From assembly GCA_963845205.1 (NCBI GenBank), contig CAWJRC010000004.1:105040-169039 (forward strand): a stretch of 64,000 nt of DNA. Reading direction: 5' to 3'. Both the position numbers and the translations under genes were made by a program. Every line of letters starts with the position of its first letter. Within the stretch, counting starts at the first letter, position 1. The stretch comes from an uncultured archaeon. Lineage in GTDB: Archaea > Nanobdellota > Nanobdellia > Pacearchaeales > GW2011-AR1. Of this stretch, positions 58,476 to 64,000 are shown one piece after another. The notes below the pieces were generated by a model. It was not told the origin of the DNA. It saw only the letters and a list, made by a program, of their open reading frames with translations, and searched no databases.

Positions 58476-58977
58476 AAAGGGGCTGTCTGAAGTTGTAACA
58501 ACAGTAATTCTCATCGCAATAAGCCTCGCTGCAATCGTAATTGTCTGGGCTTTTGTGAATACATTCATAACCAAACAGGTAAGCAGCAGCGAATCATGCT
58601 ACGGAAATTACAACCAGGTAAAAATCAACGGGCAGTACACCTGCCTTAATACTTTATCAGGGGGCCAGTACAGCTTTAACTTTTCCATGACAATCGGGGA
58701 CATCAGCGTCGATAAAGTTCTTGTCTCAGTATCAGCAGGAGGAGCAGTCAACACATACACGATCACAAACACACCGCAGAACCTTTCGGGGATAACAATG
58801 GAAAACGGAAGCAGCGAAGTTGTTCTTCCAGGAAAAAATTCAGGATTGACTTATTATTTAACAGGATTTTCAAGCCCTGTTGATTCTGTACAAATCGCAC
58901 CGGTCATCGGAGGAAACCTCTGCTCGGTTTCTGATACACTTGCTGAAATCTATGACTGCTCAATCAGCGCCGAGTAA
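58450..58977 (+). CDS. Archaeal type IV pilin
   Basis: KKG/LSEVVTTVILI. Confidence 0.88.
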   Translation: MERISRSRKKGLSEVVTTVILIAISLAAIVIVWAFVNTFITKQVSSSESCYGNYNQVKINGQYTCLNTLSGGQYSFNFSMTIGDISVDKVLVSVSAGGAVNTYTITNTPQNLSGITMENGSSEVVLPGKNSGLTYYLTGFSSPVDSVQIAPVIGGNLCSVSDTLAEIYDCSISAE

Positions 58978-59016
58978 AAGAATTAATTATTTAAATTAAA
59001 TTTTACTTGTACATTC

Positions 59017-59538
59017 ATGAATAAAAGAGGGCAGGTCTGGATTGAAACAGTAATTTATACTCTAATCGCTTTTGTAATGATAGGGCTTGTCCTTTCTTTC
59101 GCCCAGCCGAAAATACAGCAGCTGCAGGACCAGGCAGTAGTGCAGCAGTCAATCAACTTACTGACCCAGATTGACTCAACAATAAACACGCTAGGCGGCG
59201 AAGGGAATTTAAGAATAGTCGAGCTGGGGATCAAGCAGGGGGAACTTAATATCGACGGCGTAAATGACCTTATCAGTTTTGACATGAACACCCAGAGCGC
59301 GTACAGCGAGCCGGGGAAAAACATCAGCAACGGAGATATACTGATCGACACAGAAAAATACAACAGCGAATACAAAGTGACCCTGACGATAAATTACCAG
59401 CAGGATTATGACATAGAATTCAACGGAGCAAATGCTCTGCAGACCCTCACTGCCGCTTCGACGCCCTATGAACTGACAATAGCAAATGCAGGAGAGGACG
59501 CTGAAAACAGAACAATACTAAACATGTCTCTTAGCTAA
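59017..59538 (+). CDS. Pilin-like protein (class III signal)
   Basis: KRG/QVWIETVIY. Confidence 0.8.
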   Translation: MNKRGQVWIETVIYTLIAFVMIGLVLSFAQPKIQQLQDQAVVQQSINLLTQIDSTINTLGGEGNLRIVELGIKQGELNIDGVNDLISFDMNTQSAYSEPGKNISNGDILIDTEKYNSEYKVTLTINYQQDYDIEFNGANALQTLTAASTPYELTIANAGEDAENRTILNMSLS

Positions 59539-59546
59539 ATAAAAAA

Positions 59547-61097
59547 ATGGATAATATTGAAGATTACGAAAAAGTAAAAATAGACTTTCATCCGAAGACG
59601 CCTTTGCTTGAAAGAATAGAAGACAAATCGCAGATTGATATCAGATACTGCCTTATCGCGCCGTTCGCATTTGTCCACATTTACTGGGATGCGAAAATCT
59701 ACGAGCTCGTTTATGAAATCGAAGAGCCGATACTTACAGAGCAGGAAAAATCCTCAAGAGACCAACTCACTTCAGCGATAAGAGACCTTATAAATTTTGA
59801 AGGAGTCGTGGAAAAAAATGAGGACACGCTTTTGGAATACATTGACAAGAGGCTTAAAATTCTCGCGGTAGAATTCGGAATGGACATACCTTATGAATCT
59901 TACAAAAAAATATATTATTATCTCTGCAGGGATTTCATCGGGATAAACGAGATAGAGCCCATAATAAGAGATTATTTTGTCGAGGATATAGAATGCAACG
60001 GGATCAACAGCCCAGTCTACATAATACACCGACTTTACAGAAGCATAAAGACGAATGTCAATTTCACGAGCATGGACAGCATCGAGAGTTTTGTAGAAAA
60101 ACTCGCGCAGAGATGCGGGAAGCATATATCCTACGCAAATCCGATTCTCGACGGAAGCCTGCCGGACGGAAGCAGAGTCAATGCTACATATACAACAGAT
60201 ATAACCAGCAAGGGGCCGACATTCACAATAAGAAAGTTCACAAAAACTCCATGGACTCCTATACAACTTCTTTCATTCAAAACACTCAGCCCCGAGATGC
60301 TCGCATATCTCTGGATCCTTATACAGTACAAGATGAATATTTTAGTGACAGGGGGAACAGCTTCGGGAAAAACGACGCTGCTTAATGCCATCGCTTTTTT
60401 CATACCTCCGGAAGCAAGAGTTGTAAGCATTGAGGATACGAGAGAACTAAATCTGCCTAGGGAAAACTGGCTTCCTAGCGTCACGAGAGAATCGACAGAA
60501 AACAGAAGAGAAAATGAAATAACATTATTCACTCTTTTGAGAAGTTCTTTCAGACAGAATCCAGATTATGTAATTGTCGGTGAAGTAAGAGGAAGAGAGG
60601 CGTCTGTCCTTTTCCAGGGAATGGCTTCGGGGCACTCATCGCTGAGCACAATGCACGCTGATTCGGTCGAGACACTGATAAAAAGACTTGAAACTCCGCC
60701 GATAGAACTTTCTCCGACGCTATTGAATGTTCTTGACTGCGTCTGCATCATGACGCACGCGATAGTAGGAAACCAGGAGACAAGAAAATTAAGGGAGATA
60801 GTCGAGATAGTAAATGTAAATCTCGACGGAACCGCAATAATAAACACTCCCTTCACATGGAGTCCCGCAGACGACAGATTTTATTTCAAGGGCGGCGAAA
60901 GAGTTTTTGAAAAAATTGTTAGAAGATACGGGATAAGAATGGAAGAGCTTGAAGCTGAATTCAGAAAAAGATCACAGATAATATATGAAATGTCAAAAAG
61001 GGGAATTTCAAAATTTGAAGAGGTTCAGGAATTAGTAAACCAGTATTACAAAAGGCCAAACGAAGTACTCAAGCAGTTCGGGATCGAACAAATTTAA
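59547..61097 (+). CDS. Type II/IV secretion, pilus assembly ATPase (FlaI/TadA-like)
   Basis: GGTASGKTT, SIEDTRE, RQNPDYVIVGEVRG, GHSSLSTMHA. Confidence 0.95.
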   Translation: MDNIEDYEKVKIDFHPKTPLLERIEDKSQIDIRYCLIAPFAFVHIYWDAKIYELVYEIEEPILTEQEKSSRDQLTSAIRDLINFEGVVEKNEDTLLEYIDKRLKILAVEFGMDIPYESYKKIYYYLCRDFIGINEIEPIIRDYFVEDIECNGINSPVYIIHRLYRSIKTNVNFTSMDSIESFVEKLAQRCGKHISYANPILDGSLPDGSRVNATYTTDITSKGPTFTIRKFTKTPWTPIQLLSFKTLSPEMLAYLWILIQYKMNILVTGGTASGKTTLLNAIAFFIPPEARVVSIEDTRELNLPRENWLPSVTRESTENRRENEITLFTLLRSSFRQNPDYVIVGEVRGREASVLFQGMASGHSSLSTMHADSVETLIKRLETPPIELSPTLLNVLDCVCIMTHAIVGNQETRKLREIVEIVNVNLDGTAIINTPFTWSPADDRFYFKGGERVFEKIVRRYGIRMEELEAEFRKRSQIIYEMSKRGISKFEEVQELVNQYYKRPNEVLKQFGIEQI

Positions 61098-61126
61098 TTT
61101 TCATATTCTAAAATTTTATTCACATG

Positions 61127-61181
61127 TGAGAGTGTTAAGTATTCGTGGCTTGAATGATGCTGTTAAGTAGCGTGGCTTTTT
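61127..61181 (-). repeat. 55-bp element end, copy B
   Basis: Reverse complement matches 10534-10588 at 49/55. Confidence 0.92.
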
Positions 61182-61184
61182 AAC

Positions 61185-62267
61185 TTACTTTCCAGATTTG
61201 ATACGATTATCGTGTTTACATAGCATCTGACAATTTTCAGCAGTAGTTTTCCCACCCTTACTCCACGGGTCTATATGGTCTCCTTCCATTTCTTCTATTT
61301 CAAAATGCTTCTTACATTTTGGACAAATGCCTTTTTGTCTTTGGTATGCTTCTCTTTTTTGGTTAGATGTAAACTCACGAAGATTAAGGTATTTTTCATC
61401 TCTTGTTAAAATATAGGGAAAAATACCTGACTTCTTTTCAACTTCATCATCCTGCATTAATTTTGCTATTTCTTTGTCTATTGCTTTTGAGTTAAACTCT
61501 TTATCTTTAAATTTATTGTATAAAGTCCCAAAGTCTACTCCTTTCATTTCTTTATAGTAAGTGGAAAAAATTGCTTTTATCCAACTTATAACACTTTGAA
61601 AATATAACCATAATTCATTTGCATTAGGTTTATCCTGATTTTTAGCCATATATCCCTCTATCTTTCCATTACTAATCCAGCTAATCGCAGTTTCTAAATA
61701 ATCTTGGCGAATTGGAACTCCTGTTAGATAATCCTTTGCCATGTTATATGCTGGGCAACCTGTTTTACTAAAATGCCTTTTTGCGTCAGTTAGCCAAGTT
61801 CCTGTATAAATAGCATTTCTTAATTCTTGGTCGGTTAATTTTACTCCTGCAATATTTATTATTTTAAACCAATCCAACTTTTCTTTATCTTTTCCTTCAC
61901 AGAAATAAATCATCAATTTGTAATTTAGAATTTTCTCTTTTTCGTCATTTGTAAGATTATGAAAATATTTGAAATCTAATGCAAACTTTCCATCAACATA
62001 TTCACAAAAACTTATTGTCCTTTGCTGTCCATCCATTACTTCAAAAGTCCCATCTTCATTTTTAACCCAATACATCACATTTAAAGGAAAACTTTTGTTT
62101 ATTGTTTCAATTACAGCATCTCGCTGTTTATCTTTATAGATAAATTCTCTTTGATATTTTGGACGGATGTTTAATTTTCCTTTATACCCAATAACTCCTT
62201 CTTCTTCATCATTTTTGTATCCTTCTACGACATCTTTAATTGGTATTTGTTTAAGCTCTATTTTCAT
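61185..62267 (-). CDS. DUF262 (ParB/GmrS-like) plus HNH endonuclease
   Basis: IRPKYQREFIY, EVMDGQQR, FKIIN; CPKC...EGDHIDPWSKGG...NCQMLCKHDN. Confidence 0.92.
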   Translation of the reverse strand: MKIELKQIPIKDVVEGYKNDEEEGVIGYKGKLNIRPKYQREFIYKDKQRDAVIETINKSFPLNVMYWVKNEDGTFEVMDGQQRTISFCEYVDGKFALDFKYFHNLTNDEKEKILNYKLMIYFCEGKDKEKLDWFKIINIAGVKLTDQELRNAIYTGTWLTDAKRHFSKTGCPAYNMAKDYLTGVPIRQDYLETAISWISNGKIEGYMAKNQDKPNANELWLYFQSVISWIKAIFSTYYKEMKGVDFGTLYNKFKDKEFNSKAIDKEIAKLMQDDEVEKKSGIFPYILTRDEKYLNLREFTSNQKREAYQRQKGICPKCKKHFEIEEMEGDHIDPWSKGGKTTAENCQMLCKHDNRIKSGK

Positions 62268-62291
62268 AGAATAATATCCAAAAAGAATTAT

Positions 62292-63257
62292 TTAAACATT
62301 CTTATTCTTTATTAGAATACGGACATATTTCTCTTTATCTTCTCCTTCAATAATTCCCCTATGCCTATGTTCTGGGTCTTTCCTTAGAGATTCAACTTCT
62401 GGAGATTTATCTCCACTATGGGTCTGCCCAATTATCTCAAATTGTTCTGGGTTATATTTATCTAAAAAAGTTAATGGAACTCCCATTACTCCTTTATAAT
62501 CTATTGGAATATCACTTACTTTATCAACATTTATAGCATTATAATTTTTATATTTAGGATAATCTTTTGGATTATATTTTTTGTAAAGAATTAAATTTTC
62601 GTGTCTTTTCTTATTGTCCAAATTGGTTAACCATACAATTGTCCCCATACTAAAGAATTTAGTCCCATTTTCTATTTTCTTTCTTGATTCCGTGGTTATA
62701 TCATAGTGTTCTGGAACTTTAAACCATTTTGTCCCACCATTATCAATTCCTAACCAAATTTTATTTTTTTTGATAAATTCAAAAGTATCTTTATTAGTGA
62801 GAGCATTTTGGTTTCCAATAATTAAAAACTTTTTATTGTATTTCATTAATTGAGCGATATATTCTCTAAATAAAGAGAAGGGCGGATTCGTAACAACAAT
62901 ATCAGATTTTTTTAATATTTCTATACATTCAGGGCTTCTAAAATCTCCATTTTGTTTCAAGGGAGTTTTTATTGTATTTCCATTAGTCTTTTCTAATTTA
63001 TAAGATGGTTTTTTGGTTTCAAAGTGTGTTGCTATTAATTTTTTTAATCCAAGAAATTTAAAATTTAAAGCAAAGTATTTCCAAAAGTTACTTTCTTCTG
63101 GGTCATCGCAATTAAGAAAAATAATTTTATTTTTGAAATGTTCTTTATAATGTCCTAACTCTTTTTCAATATCTGTAAGATTGGTATAAAAATCATCATT
63201 CTTAGCTACATTTGCCTTATGTAAACTTTTATTTAGGGTTTTCTTTTCCATTTCCAT
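62292..63257 (-). CDS. Adenine-specific methyltransferase, EcoRI-like family
   Basis: KNDDFYT, NCDDPEESNF, GDFRSPEC, VVTNPPFSLFREY, GVMGVP. Confidence 0.9.
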   Translation of the reverse strand: MEMEKKTLNKSLHKANVAKNDDFYTNLTDIEKELGHYKEHFKNKIIFLNCDDPEESNFWKYFALNFKFLGLKKLIATHFETKKPSYKLEKTNGNTIKTPLKQNGDFRSPECIEILKKSDIVVTNPPFSLFREYIAQLMKYNKKFLIIGNQNALTNKDTFEFIKKNKIWLGIDNGGTKWFKVPEHYDITTESRKKIENGTKFFSMGTIVWLTNLDNKKRHENLILYKKYNPKDYPKYKNYNAINVDKVSDIPIDYKGVMGVPLTFLDKYNPEQFEIIGQTHSGDKSPEVESLRKDPEHRHRGIIEGEDKEKYVRILIKNKNV

Positions 63258-63999
63258 TTTTATTATTCATTTTTATGTCTGCCAAGACAGATAATTTACC
63301 TTTCTTTTCCAAATAACTTTTTAAATATTCCAAAAATTCTTTTGAATTTGCAAAATAATTAAGATATGCTTTTTTTAATTCTTCTACAGATTTTGCACCA
63401 ACAAGAACAACATCTTTATCTGGATTTCCCCCTCTCAATTTTTCTGCTTCAAGATAATGCTCTGATGCAAGAGATTCTGCTCCTTCGGGATAACCTCTAA
63501 TACTTAATTTTGCATTAGTCTCTTCCGATATATCTAATTCAAGTAAAAAGAAATCCAATTTTTTAAGTTCTGGTTCTATTATTCTTAACATTTCTGACCA
63601 ATTTTTCATTTTTGAGAATATTTTTAATTTATCTACTTTTTCTTTAATTGCTCTATATAGTTCATCGTCATCGGTTGGTGTTCCTTCTACTTCTTTTTGA
63701 TTTTCCATTTTTGCAAATGCTGAACTGACTAATTTAAAAAACTCTTTCCATTCTTCTTCACCTTCATTAGATTTAATTGCCTGTTTTGTAAATAAATCAA
63801 CTATTTCTATTGCAGTAGCCCATGCATGCTGTATCTTGCTTCTAATCTGAATTTCAATAAGTAAGCCGTCATATGTTTTTATCTTATCACTTTTATATCT
63901 ATAGATTAGGTGTATACTTCTATATCCATCTCCTTTAGGATTTTTTATATAATCCTTTTCCCTTATCCTCTTATGTTTTAATCCACGACTTTTCTTATA
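63229..63999 (-). CDS. RelA/SpoT-domain toxSAS, CapRel-like (5' end outside window)
   Basis: Frame open from 63999: KDYIKNPKGDGYRSIHL...EIQIRSKIQHAWATAIE...DVVLVGA...LKKAYLNYF; the ORF track shows only the C-terminal part. Confidence 0.85.
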   Translation of the reverse strand, partial: YKKSRGLKHKRIREKDYIKNPKGDGYRSIHLIYRYKSDKIKTYDGLLIEIQIRSKIQHAWATAIEIVDLFTKQAIKSNEGEEEWKEFFKLVSSAFAKMENQKEVEGTPTDDDELYRAIKEKVDKLKIFSKMKNWSEMLRIIEPELKKLDFFLLELDISEETNAKLSIRGYPEGAESLASEHYLEAEKLRGGNPDKDVVLVGAKSVEELKKAYLNYFANSKEFLEYLKSYLEKKGKLSVLADIKMNNKNGNGKENPK

Positions 64000-64000
64000 A

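Larger units (their letters stand above)
61127..64000 (-). mobile_element. Defence island bounded by the shared element end (continues beyond window)
   Basis: Shared end; co-oriented defence-type genes; visibly more AT-rich than the adjacent pilus genes. Confidence 0.7.

Noticed and set aside
342..60856. Many short antisense or overlapping ORFs in the track
   Set aside because: Nested opposite well-supported genes, with no motifs of their own
1..64000. CRISPR array or cas genes
   Set aside because: No run of three or more regularly spaced repeats and no cas-like ORF recognised

Overview
AT-rich archaeal chromosome segment, by inference a DPANN lineage and most likely Pacearchaeota-like (fused Rpo1, archaeal ribosomal and translation genes, TATA boxes about 25 nt before most starts). 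Core genes are rpo1-nusA-rps12-rps7, aEF-2, aEF-1A, dnaG, nfo, an SMC-like ATPase, rnhB, dtdA, dph5, ileS, argS, trxB and prs, plus four tRNAs, a reduced SRP RNA and a type IV pilus cluster, interleaved with many single accessory genes. Main discovery: a candidate cargo-carrying mobile element family with no recombinase in the window. One complete copy (9513-10588) has TG...CA ends and a 7-9 bp target duplication that preserves the host stop codon. Its 55-bp right end recurs (49/55 identical) at 61127-61181, bounding a defence island with a CapRel-like toxSAS, an EcoRI-type methylase and a DUF262-HNH nuclease. Also found: a RelBE cassette inserted at the 3' end of the SRP RNA gene (20-bp duplication), a methyltransferase cassette with an 18-bp duplication, bacterial-type beta-barrel-like proteins, a four-member secreted paralog family with identical DNA patches, an intact GGDEF cyclase, an SMC with a zinc-hook motif instead of a hinge, a GVHH-type IleRS, a NYN nuclease with an upstream UUCG hairpin, and two homopolymer frameshifts in surface-protein genes. 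All family calls are motif recognition by eye; no searches were run.
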